Origin: Syntrophales bacterium
Lineage (GTDB): Bacteria > Desulfobacterota > Syntrophia > Syntrophales > UBA4778
Assembly: GCA_028712885.1 (NCBI GenBank)
Contig: JAQTPK010000002.1
Location: forward strand, 20,623-84,622
DNA length: 64,000 nt
Direction: 5' to 3'
Shown here: positions 31,149-38,866 of the stretch, piece after piece
Layout: the number at the start of each line of letters is the position of its first letter
Numbering within the stretch: the stretch's first letter is position 1
Notes under the pieces: generated by a model
The model's input: only the letters and a program-made list of their open reading frames with translations
Databases searched by the model: none
What the model was told of the DNA's origin: nothing
Program-made: the position numbers and the translations under genes

Positions 31149-32009
31149 ATGCCGCAATCCCTGAATTTGCGTTACTCCGTAATGTCTTTTCTTGCGGTTC
31201 TGATGTTTGCCGGGATTCCGGAATGCGTCCACCCCGATTCGTGTCCCGAACCCGTCATCCGGCATATCCGGGTAATCCGTTTTCTCCCTCATGACCCCGA
31301 CGCCTTTACCCAGGGGCTTGCTTTTGACGGCGGTTTCTTCTATGAGGGCACCGGACGGCACGGCCAATCAACGTTAAGGAAGGTAGATCCGGAAACAGGA
31401 CGGGTGGTCCGGCTGCATCGTCTGAAGACAATTTACTTCGGGGAGGGTATATCCGTAGCCGGCGACAGGATCGTCCAGCTGACGTGGCGCTCGGGAAAAG
31501 GATTTATTTACGACAAGGAAACTCTCATGGAAACAGGGGGGTTTTCCTATCACGGAGAGGGATGGGGTCTCGCATTCGACGGCAGCCGTTTCATCATGAG
31601 CGACGGATCATCCGTACTGCGTTATCTGGACGCCCGCACATTGCGGAAAGTGCGCACGCTGGAAGTCCGGAGCGGAACCCGCCGGCAGTATAATCTGAAT
31701 GAGCTGGAATACGTAAACGGCCGTATTTATGCGAACATCTGGGGAAGCGACCGCATTGCCGTCATCTCTCCACGGAGCGGCTGTGTTCAAGCCTGGATCG
31801 ATCTCTCTCCCCTCCGGCAGCGCGTCGGATTTGATTGCCGGGCCGAAGTTCTGAACGGAATCGCCTACGACAAGGACGGCGACCGGCTCTACGTAACCGG
31901 CAAAAATTGGCCAAGAATTTTCGAGATCGAAATCCTGCGGCAAAGGACTAAGGGCAAAGGGCAAAAGAAAAATCCGAATAAGGCACAACACGAGGAATCC
32001 GGTGTCTGA
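31149..32009 (+). CDS. glutaminyl-peptide cyclotransferase (beta-propeller type)
   Basis: Contains FTQGLAFDGGFFYEGTGRHGQSTLRKVDPETG and NELEYVNGRIYANIW. The last ~23 codons run through a heptamer array. Confidence 0.8.
   Translation: MPQSLNLRYSVMSFLAVLMFAGIPECVHPDSCPEPVIRHIRVIRFLPHDPDAFTQGLAFDGGFFYEGTGRHGQSTLRKVDPETGRVVRLHRLKTIYFGEGISVAGDRIVQLTWRSGKGFIYDKETLMETGGFSYHGEGWGLAFDGSRFIMSDGSSVLRYLDARTLRKVRTLEVRSGTRRQYNLNELEYVNGRIYANIWGSDRIAVISPRSGCVQAWIDLSPLRQRVGFDCRAEVLNGIAYDKDGDRLYVTGKNWPRIFEIEILRQRTKGKGQKKNPNKAQHEESGV
31940..31967 (+). repeat. 7-bp-period array (gcaaagg actaagg gcaaagg gcaaaag) inside the 3' end of the cyclase ORF
   Basis: Read directly. It encodes the K/G-rich tail RQRTKGKGQKK. 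Confidence 0.75.
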
Positions 32010-32022
32010 TCCCTCTTCGCCC

Positions 32023-33111
32023 TCAGCATTTGGTTTTCAGCCTTTCGCCTTCTTTCACATAAATCGGATTCGAATAAATCCATGGCCTGTTCCTGCCGGA
32101 TCGCTTCAAGGAGACCTCGACACGGTATACGCCCTCTTCCACTACGCGGTGTTCAAGCTCCGCGCCCTTTTTCTGCAAAAAGACCATGCCGTCCTTTATT
32201 ATCCTGATCATGCCTTCCGCGGGAGTGGTTACCCGCAGATCCGCCGGACCGTCAAGCAGGAAGTCTTCCCCCATGGTCGCCTCGCGGGGACCTGAGGATA
32301 TGGTAAAAGAGAAGCCCCTGGCCGAAGCAAAGTATTCCATCGCGACGTAGCCCGCCCCCCTCCTGAGTGCATCCAGAATGTTGGAAATACCCGTTTTATT
32401 TCCGGGCGTCAACTCCTCAGCAAGCAGAACGTGTGTCCGGACGACAAATCGGAATGCTCTTCGGAACGGGAACACCCTTAAGGTCACTCCGAAAAGCTTT
32501 TTCGGGGTATCATGATTATCGCACTCCCCGATCCCCGCTATTTTTCTCGTTTTCGCCAGTTCATCCCACCGCTTCAGTGTAACCTGCCTGGGCCCCCTGA
32601 GGGCATAGGCAGGAAAAAAATATCCAAAAAATCCGCTCGCATATCCTTTCAGGCTGGATTGCCAGTCGGTCATAAAATCCCAGATGCTCATCCCCGTGTA
32701 TCCGCCGACGCCCCACTCGGTCCAGGCATATTGTTTCACGTGAAACATTTCCGTTCCTTCGTGATCGGGATGGGCGATGAATCCGATACCGCCCTGCTCG
32801 CGAACCTTGTCTATGAGCGCCTGGGGAGAACTCCCGCCGGCGAATGCCGGGCCGAGAGGCCGGTCATGCCCGAATACAAGATAATGATTGAATTGGCCCA
32901 GACAGACTTCTTCTCCGGAGAGCAGCAATACATTTCCGTGCCAGCCTTCCTCTCCTTTCTCCCGGGCCTCCAGATTGTCATGGTCGGTCAGTATCAGAAA
33001 ATCGATTCCGCTTTCGCGGGCGGCCCCGATTATTTCAGGGATGGAAGCCCGCCCGTCGAATGAATACTCCGAATGGAAATGAATTATCCCTGAATAGTCG
33101 TATAACTTCAT
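32023..33111 (-). CDS. PHP-domain metallohydrolase (CehA/McbA-like)
   Basis: N-terminal IHFHSEYSFDG...LILTDHDN PHP motifs. Confidence 0.7.
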   Translation of the reverse strand: MKLYDYSGIIHFHSEYSFDGRASIPEIIGAARESGIDFLILTDHDNLEAREKGEEGWHGNVLLLSGEEVCLGQFNHYLVFGHDRPLGPAFAGGSSPQALIDKVREQGGIGFIAHPDHEGTEMFHVKQYAWTEWGVGGYTGMSIWDFMTDWQSSLKGYASGFFGYFFPAYALRGPRQVTLKRWDELAKTRKIAGIGECDNHDTPKKLFGVTLRVFPFRRAFRFVVRTHVLLAEELTPGNKTGISNILDALRRGAGYVAMEYFASARGFSFTISSGPREATMGEDFLLDGPADLRVTTPAEGMIRIIKDGMVFLQKKGAELEHRVVEEGVYRVEVSLKRSGRNRPWIYSNPIYVKEGERLKTKC

Positions 33112-33207
33112 TGTAAGCCGCTCTGCATCTACATCCAGTTCTCGATACGCCGAACTATTTCGAAACCGAGTAGAACAACTCTCTGATTTTACCAGATGCC
33201 TGACGCC

Positions 33208-33867
33208 TTAAGCCTGAAGCCCTTTTAATGGGCATGACCCGCACCGGGGCGTTCTCCTGCAGAAATCTTTCCCTGCATTCACAACGAGGGCATGAAATTG
33301 ATTGAACAAACGGGCCGATTTCGGAAGATTGTCCATGAACAGCCTCTTGATTTCCTCATAATCGAGGCCTTCCGGAATTATCCGATGTCGTTCCATGATC
33401 CTGCGAGTATAGGCATCGACCACAAATTCCGGCCTGCCGTCCGCATACAGGAGGATGCTGTCGGCCGTTTCGGGGCCGATTCCCTTGACGCCCAGCAGTT
33501 CCTCTCTCAGCGCCGGAGTCGCCTCCCTGAACATTTTTTCGAGGTCTCCATCATACCTTAATTTCAAAAATTTCAGGAATTCCTTAAGTCTCTTCGCCTT
33601 TACATTAAAATACCCGCACGGCCTGATGAGTTTCGCCAGTTTCGCTTCCTTCATCCGAAGCAGTTTCCCGGGCGAAAGAAGATCCCCGGATTTGATATTC
33701 CGGATCGCCTTTTCGACATTCCCCCAGTTCGTGTTCTGGGTCAGTATGGCGCCGACAATGACCTCGAAAGGAGTTTCACCCGGCCACCATTGTAAATCTC
33801 CAAAATGGCCATTCAATTTTTCATAAATGACCAGAAGCTTCTTACCTGATGCAGCGTCCTGTGACAA
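33208..33867 (-). CDS. endonuclease III-related HhH-GPD protein
   Basis: HhH-GPD fold (LLGVKGIGPETADSILLY) plus a C-terminal Fe-S cysteine loop (CRRTPRCGSCPL). Confidence 0.75.
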   Translation of the reverse strand: MSQDAASGKKLLVIYEKLNGHFGDLQWWPGETPFEVIVGAILTQNTNWGNVEKAIRNIKSGDLLSPGKLLRMKEAKLAKLIRPCGYFNVKAKRLKEFLKFLKLRYDGDLEKMFREATPALREELLGVKGIGPETADSILLYADGRPEFVVDAYTRRIMERHRIIPEGLDYEEIKRLFMDNLPKSARLFNQFHALVVNAGKDFCRRTPRCGSCPLKGLQA

Positions 33868-34046
33868 CCTGTTTCCCTTTGAAGTGATCTTCCCGCTATT
33901 AATAATTCAATACGGGATTTTTTGCCACCGATCTTATGGTTTGAACCTGCCCGCGGGACGGATCATCTTTGTCTCGCCGGCGTTTCATCGATACGGTAAT
34001 TTATGATTATCTCTGCTTTTTTCGAGTGCGGACGGGGATATAATTC

Positions 34047-34340
34047 CGTAAGGAGTGAGGAGTGAGGTGTTATGAGCGGGAAATAAACCTTTTCCCCCTT
34101 GAAGGAGATCCAGCAGGTTGTTGAAAACGTATTTGGCTGTTCAATTCTGTCATACCCGTCTTTCGAGTGCCTCAGGACAAAATCCGTCGGGTATCCGGAA
34201 GTAATTAAAAAACTTGATTCCCGCTCCCCGATCAGATACTTCGAGGACAAGTTTCGCGGGAATGACCTTATTCAACAACCTGCTGGTGCATACCCCTGCA
34301 CCTTACTTTTTACTCCTTACGCTTTACGGCTTGCGCCTAA
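34047..34340. repeat. composite palindromic element: inverted heptamer arrays, a perfect 16-bp inverted repeat and an internal hairpin
   Basis: Left array 34047..34074 (cgtaagg agtgagg agtgagg) faces the right array 34299..34340 (cacctta cttttta ctcctta cgcttta...). CCAGCAGGTTGTTGAA at 34110..34125 is the exact reverse complement of 34271..34286. An ATTCCCGC...GCGGGAAT hairpin lies inside. Confidence 0.8.
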
Positions 34341-35812
34341 TTTTTCCTGAGGACGAGATAGTACGTCGACCTTCCCCTCTTGATCAGCAGGAGGACCGAA
34401 TCGGCTTTGCCCTTTTTTGACATTTCACGGACGTAATCCTTCATGCCGTTGATCTTGACGCGGTTGACCTGCACGATGACATCCTGCGGCTTGATTCCCG
34501 CCTCTTCGGCAGGGCTTCCCTCTTTAACCGAAGTAACCATTATTCCCGATCTTTCAGGAATGCCGAGGAATTCGGCGATCTGAGGAGTGATCTCCTGGAC
34601 CGCCATGCCGAAATACTCCTCGCGGGACTTGATCCCGGCAATTTCCTTCTTATCGCTTCTTTCCGCGATGACCAGATTGAAATTCCGGACCTTTCCTTCC
34701 CTGAGGACCTTCAGGCCCACGCGCTTCCCGACGGGAAGCGCCGCCACGATCCGCAGGAGCTCATGAGTATCCCTGACCCTCTTTCCCTCGATCTCCAGAA
34801 TTATATCCCCGGTTCGGAGCCCGGCCCTTTCGGCAGGATCTCCCGGCATGACGTCTCCTACCAGGGCCCCTTCGCGCTCCTTCAACTTGAGGCTGCTTGC
34901 GATATCTTCGGTAATATCCTGAACCGATATTCCCAGCCAGCCCCGCGTTACTTTTCCCTTGGTCCGGAGATCGGATAGAATTTCCCTGGCCATGTTGATG
35001 GGTATGGCAAAACCGATTCCCTGTCCGTGGGCGACGATCGCAGTGTTTATTCCTACGACTTTGCCGTCCAGGGTGAACAGGGGGCCGCCGCTGTTGCCCG
35101 GATTAATCGAGGCGTCAGTCTGAATGAAATTATCGTAAGGTCCGGAGCCGATGACCCGCCCCTTTGCGCTGACTATACCCGCAGTGACTGTCTGCTCCAG
35201 CCCGAACGGGTTTCCGATGGCGACAACCCAGTCCCCTACGCGGAGACGCTCCGAATCGCCCAGCTCGACAACAGGAAGATTACCTGAAGGCTTGATTTTA
35301 ATGAGTGCTATATCCGTTTTCGCGTCCTTGCCTACTACTTTGGCCTCGTATTCTTTGCCGTTTGAAAGCTTGACCTTTATCCTGTCGGCTTTTTCAATCA
35401 CGTGATTGTTGGTAAAAATATAACCGTCTTTAGTGATGATGAAGCCGGACCCGAGACTCCTCTGTTTGAACTCCCTTTGCGGCATGTCTCCAAAGAATCT
35501 GCGGAAAAAGTCGTCACCGCCAAAAAATCGATCAAAGAATTCGTCGCCGGAGCGGGATCTGACTCCCGATTTGACTGTCTTGGTCGTGCTTATGTTGACA
35601 ACCGCCGGCTTGACGCGGTCGGTGATGTCCGCAAAGGACAGCGGCGCCCCGGAAATGTCCCGGGCTGGAACGGACGCCTGCGCCCGCGGGGCCGGACGTG
35701 TTGCGGCAAAAGAAAAATGAAGGACTCCGATCATGGACACGAGAAAAATCCCGATCAGAAAGACAAACCAGAAAACAAAAAAGGTCCTTTTACTTTTCTT
35801 TACACCATCCAT
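34337..35812 (-). CDS. htrA: Do/DegP/HtrA family periplasmic serine protease
   Basis: N-terminal TM/signal segment, trypsin-like domain with GNSGGPL, and two PDZ domains. Confidence 0.9.
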   Translation of the reverse strand: MDGVKKSKRTFFVFWFVFLIGIFLVSMIGVLHFSFAATRPAPRAQASVPARDISGAPLSFADITDRVKPAVVNISTTKTVKSGVRSRSGDEFFDRFFGGDDFFRRFFGDMPQREFKQRSLGSGFIITKDGYIFTNNHVIEKADRIKVKLSNGKEYEAKVVGKDAKTDIALIKIKPSGNLPVVELGDSERLRVGDWVVAIGNPFGLEQTVTAGIVSAKGRVIGSGPYDNFIQTDASINPGNSGGPLFTLDGKVVGINTAIVAHGQGIGFAIPINMAREILSDLRTKGKVTRGWLGISVQDITEDIASSLKLKEREGALVGDVMPGDPAERAGLRTGDIILEIEGKRVRDTHELLRIVAALPVGKRVGLKVLREGKVRNFNLVIAERSDKKEIAGIKSREEYFGMAVQEITPQIAEFLGIPERSGIMVTSVKEGSPAEEAGIKPQDVIVQVNRVKINGMKDYVREMSKKGKADSVLLLIKRGRSTYYLVLRKN

Positions 35813-35939
35813 AAAAACCTCCGGATCATACCTGCTTATTATAGTGTCGCCTTCCCGGCGGAGACGCAGAGGATAGCTTCATTTCACCCCAAATTCAATA
35901 GTCAAAAATCGGTATTTTCCCTCGCGTCGAGTAAGACTT

Positions 35940-35955
35940 TGCAAAATTGATTCCA
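35940..35955 (-). promoter_or_regulatory. candidate sigma54 promoter upstream of htrA (TGGAAT-N5-TTGCA)
   Basis: The minus strand reads TGGAATCAATTTTGCA. GG and GC are separated by exactly 10 nt and the -12 TTGCA is perfect. It lies about 130 nt upstream of the htrA ATG. Confidence 0.3.
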
Positions 35956-36119
35956 GCACCGCCGAAACTTTTCCCGCTGCCCCTGTTTTCGTATATGCTT
36001 GATATTATTGCTTATATATACAGTTGAGGCGAAATCCTGCCGGAATGCGAGGCGCCGCCGGAGCAATCCGGGCCTTTTTTTCGACAATCTCAGGACAGAA
36101 TCTGTCGAGTATTCAAAAA

Positions 36120-37334
36120 TCAGGGATAACGCAAAAGAAGACCTTTGAGATACAACGACGGCGGAAAATGGGGAACAACCGGATGGTCCAGGTCCTGCTT
36201 GAGCCACTCCAGGACCTCGGGCCTTCTGCGCGTCTCGACGGCGGCGTCCCGTACTGTCCGTACAAGGTCTTCCATTTCGACGTGATGGGAACAGGAGAAT
36301 ACCGCCAGCAGCCCTCCCGGGCGCAGGAGCCTCGCCCCGTTAAGGATGAGGTGGCGGAACCCCTTGAGCGCGCCGTGCCTTTCCCTCTTTGTCTTGGCGA
36401 ACGAGGGAGGGTCCAGGATTACGAGATCGTAATCAGGGCGCCCGCAGACGTTCCCGGCAAGATAGTCGAATGCATCCGCCTTGATCGTTTCAATCTGCCT
36501 TACTCCGTTCAAAGAGGCGTTTTCTTCCACCTGTTCGAGGGCGGCCCTGGACTCGTCCAGAAAGCGGACAACCCCGGCTCCCCTGACCGCCGCATGCATT
36601 CCGAATCCGCCGGCATGGCAGAAACAATCCAGCACGCGCGCGCCCTTCCTTACATAATCCGCTACAATCTTCCGGTTGCGCCTCTGGTCGAGATAGAACC
36701 CGGTTTTCTGCCCTCCCCTCAGCCGCACATGGTACCTGATTTCGTCTTCCCGGATCTCAATCCGGTCGGGGATTTCTCCGTCAAGGACCCTTTCCTCCGC
36801 AGGCAGTCCCTCCTTTATGCGGGCGCGCGCGTCCGGCTTCTCATAAATTCCGCGGAAGGCCTGTTTCCGCAGCGCCCCCAGTATCGATTCCCGCCGCTTT
36901 TCCATCCCCGCGGTGTTTATCTGCAGCGAAAGATATCCTGCATACGAATCCACGATCAGTCCGGGAAGGCCGTCAGCCTCGGCATGCACCAGCCTGACGG
37001 CATCGGTTTCCGCAAAGAATTCTTTTCGCTTCAAAACGGCTTCGTAAATCCTGTTCTCGATAAAAGGGGGCGTCACGGGCTGCTTCTCAAAAGCAAGAAT
37101 CCTTACGCAGATTTTACTCGCGGGGTTGGCGTAGCCTGAGGCCAGAAATCTGCCTTCCGGGGACACGATCTCGACAGTCTCGCCGCCGGGAAGATTTGCG
37201 GGCATTTTCAGAATCTCGTTGTCGTAGACCCATGGAAAGAGGTTCTGGATTTTCTGCACTGCCTTCCAGCTGACGGCTATTTTTTTCACATGAACATCTC
37301 CTGAGGATTCGGTAGAGAATAAGGCAGGACGCAT
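36120..37334 (-). CDS. rlmI: class I SAM-dependent rRNA methyltransferase (RlmI-like, PUA plus MTase)
   Basis: LFPWVYDNEI PUA-region N-terminus and the SAM motif VLDCFCHAGGFG. A GTG at 37289 with AGGAG upstream is an alternative start. Confidence 0.8.
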   Translation of the reverse strand: MRPALFSTESSGDVHVKKIAVSWKAVQKIQNLFPWVYDNEILKMPANLPGGETVEIVSPEGRFLASGYANPASKICVRILAFEKQPVTPPFIENRIYEAVLKRKEFFAETDAVRLVHAEADGLPGLIVDSYAGYLSLQINTAGMEKRRESILGALRKQAFRGIYEKPDARARIKEGLPAEERVLDGEIPDRIEIREDEIRYHVRLRGGQKTGFYLDQRRNRKIVADYVRKGARVLDCFCHAGGFGMHAAVRGAGVVRFLDESRAALEQVEENASLNGVRQIETIKADAFDYLAGNVCGRPDYDLVILDPPSFAKTKRERHGALKGFRHLILNGARLLRPGGLLAVFSCSHHVEMEDLVRTVRDAAVETRRRPEVLEWLKQDLDHPVVPHFPPSLYLKGLLLRYP

Positions 37335-37353
37335 CCGCCGTCAACCGGTTCTC

Positions 37354-37386
37354 AAAAAAAAAGGCCCGCATCCGCGGGCCTTTTTT
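37354..37386 (-). terminator. strong (bidirectional) intrinsic terminator after fdnI-1
   Basis: A9-GGCCCGC-ATC-GCGGGCC-T6. On the minus strand the hairpin is followed by T9. Confidence 0.85.
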
Positions 37387-37398
37387 CCATATTTATTT

Positions 37399-38064
37399 TC
37401 AGTGGGCGGAATGCGCCTCTTTCTTTTCTTCACCGTACACTTCCAGGCTGCCGGATTCCTCCGTCTCCCGCAGCCACTTGGGGTGCTGTTTTTTCGCCCA
37501 GGCCCGCGTTACCCACCCGCTGAACATGGCCGGCGCCGAGCCGGGAGACCCGACCGTGCCCAGGTAAAGATGCACGAAGAAGAATGCGAACAGCACCACG
37601 AACCCGAGGGCGTGGAGCGGATACATCAGAATCAGCAGCCCCGGAGACAACGGCTGGAACCACATCAGTAGCCCCGTGAAGACCATGACGGCGCCGAAAA
37701 CGGCGACGGCCAGAAAGAACGCCTTCTGTCCCGGGTTGTACTTCCCGACTTCGGGCATATTGTCGACATGCCACAGATATCCGCCGGCCGCCTTCATCCA
37801 TTCGAGGTCCTCGGGCATCTCGAACTTTCCGGCCTCATGCCACCACATCCGGACGGCCAGCACGAGGGAAACGGCAAAAACAAGACCGCCGAAATTATGG
37901 ACATACTTCAGGCTGCGGAGCCCTCCCATGACGTTCCCGATGAAATTGAAGGAATGGAACATCATGCCGAGGCCCGTTACGAAGAGAAGGATGCAGGACA
38001 GGGCAAGGGACCAGTGGACCACCCTTTCGAATGCGTCTGTCGCTTTGATCATTCCTTTTTTCAT
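37399..38064 (-). CDS. fdnI: formate dehydrogenase gamma subunit, cytochrome b (copy 1)
   Basis: Four TM helices with conserved His residues (ERVVHWSLA, KYVHNF, HALGF, FVHLY). Start chosen at MKKGMIKATD. Confidence 0.85.
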   Translation of the reverse strand: MKKGMIKATDAFERVVHWSLALSCILLFVTGLGMMFHSFNFIGNVMGGLRSLKYVHNFGGLVFAVSLVLAVRMWWHEAGKFEMPEDLEWMKAAGGYLWHVDNMPEVGKYNPGQKAFFLAVAVFGAVMVFTGLLMWFQPLSPGLLILMYPLHALGFVVLFAFFFVHLYLGTVGSPGSAPAMFSGWVTRAWAKKQHPKWLRETEESGSLEVYGEEKKEAHSAH

Positions 38065-38065
38065 C

Positions 38066-38866
38066 TTACTTACCTCCTTCCGCCTGGCTGCCTTGGCCAT
38101 CCTCGTCGGGCGTCTTGGGTCCGTGGATTATGTAATGCAGAAAAGATCCGCCGATGACGCCGCCCGCCGCGAGCAGACTGAGCGGTTTCAGGAGATTCTT
38201 CCAGAGGAGGACGGAATACGGGACGTGCGGGTTCTGATTGAGTCCCGCATAGACAGACGGCTTCTCTTTCAGCACGTACATAAGGTGTGTTCCTCCCACG
38301 ACCTTGTCCCCGTAGATATTCGCATCTCCGCCAAGCTCCTTTACCCGCTTTGCGGCCGCTTTCATCATGACGTCCTTGTCGCCCCACTGAAGAGCGCCGG
38401 TCGGGCACGCCTTGACGCAGGCCGGAATCATATTATTCACGATCCGGCTCTCGCACATGTCGCACTTGTAAACCTTATCCGTCTCATGGTCGTACTTGGG
38501 AACCTCGAACGGACAGGCTGCCACACAATTTTTGCAGCCGATGCACCGGTCCAGGTCCTTGCCCACAATCCGGAATTCCTTGTTGTAGCGCAGGGCCGAA
38601 GTGGGACACGCCTGGACGCACGCCGCATCCGTGCAGTGCATGCAGGCGTCTTTCCGGAAGAGCCACTTGACATTGCCCTTATCGTCTTCGACATCCTGGA
38701 AACGGATGATCATGTATGTATTCGCCTGCAGGGTCGGCGGATTCTGGTAGGTGCCCAGGTTTTTCGTCTGTTTCGCCTTCAGCCCGTTCCACTGCTTGCA
38801 CGCAAGCTGGCAGCCCCTGCAGGCCGTGCACTTCGAATCGTCATAAAGTTTGATTTTCTCAGCCAT
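38066..38866 (-). CDS. fdnH: formate dehydrogenase beta subunit, 4x[4Fe-4S] with C-terminal TM anchor (copy 1)
   Basis: Cys clusters (CTACRGCQLAC, CMHCTDAACVQACP, CIGCKNCVAACP, CDMC...CVKACP) and a C-terminal hydrophobic helix. Confidence 0.9.
   Translation of the reverse strand: MAEKIKLYDDSKCTACRGCQLACKQWNGLKAKQTKNLGTYQNPPTLQANTYMIIRFQDVEDDKGNVKWLFRKDACMHCTDAACVQACPTSALRYNKEFRIVGKDLDRCIGCKNCVAACPFEVPKYDHETDKVYKCDMCESRIVNNMIPACVKACPTGALQWGDKDVMMKAAAKRVKELGGDANIYGDKVVGGTHLMYVLKEKPSVYAGLNQNPHVPYSVLLWKNLLKPLSLLAAGGVIGGSFLHYIIHGPKTPDEDGQGSQAEGGK

Noticed and set aside
33963-34350. ORFs 33963..34250 (minus) and 34099..34350 (plus)
   Set aside because: Both lie inside the nested palindromic element. 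One uses a TTG start without an SD sequence, and the sequence is repeat-derived (…FRGND…). I treat the region as non-coding.
36058-36081. Plus-strand hairpin CCGGA-GCAA-TCCGG followed by T7, a possible orphan terminator or sRNA 3' end
   Set aside because: The stem is only 5 bp, I found no convincing plus-strand promoter upstream, and all neighbouring genes are on the minus strand. The evidence is too weak.
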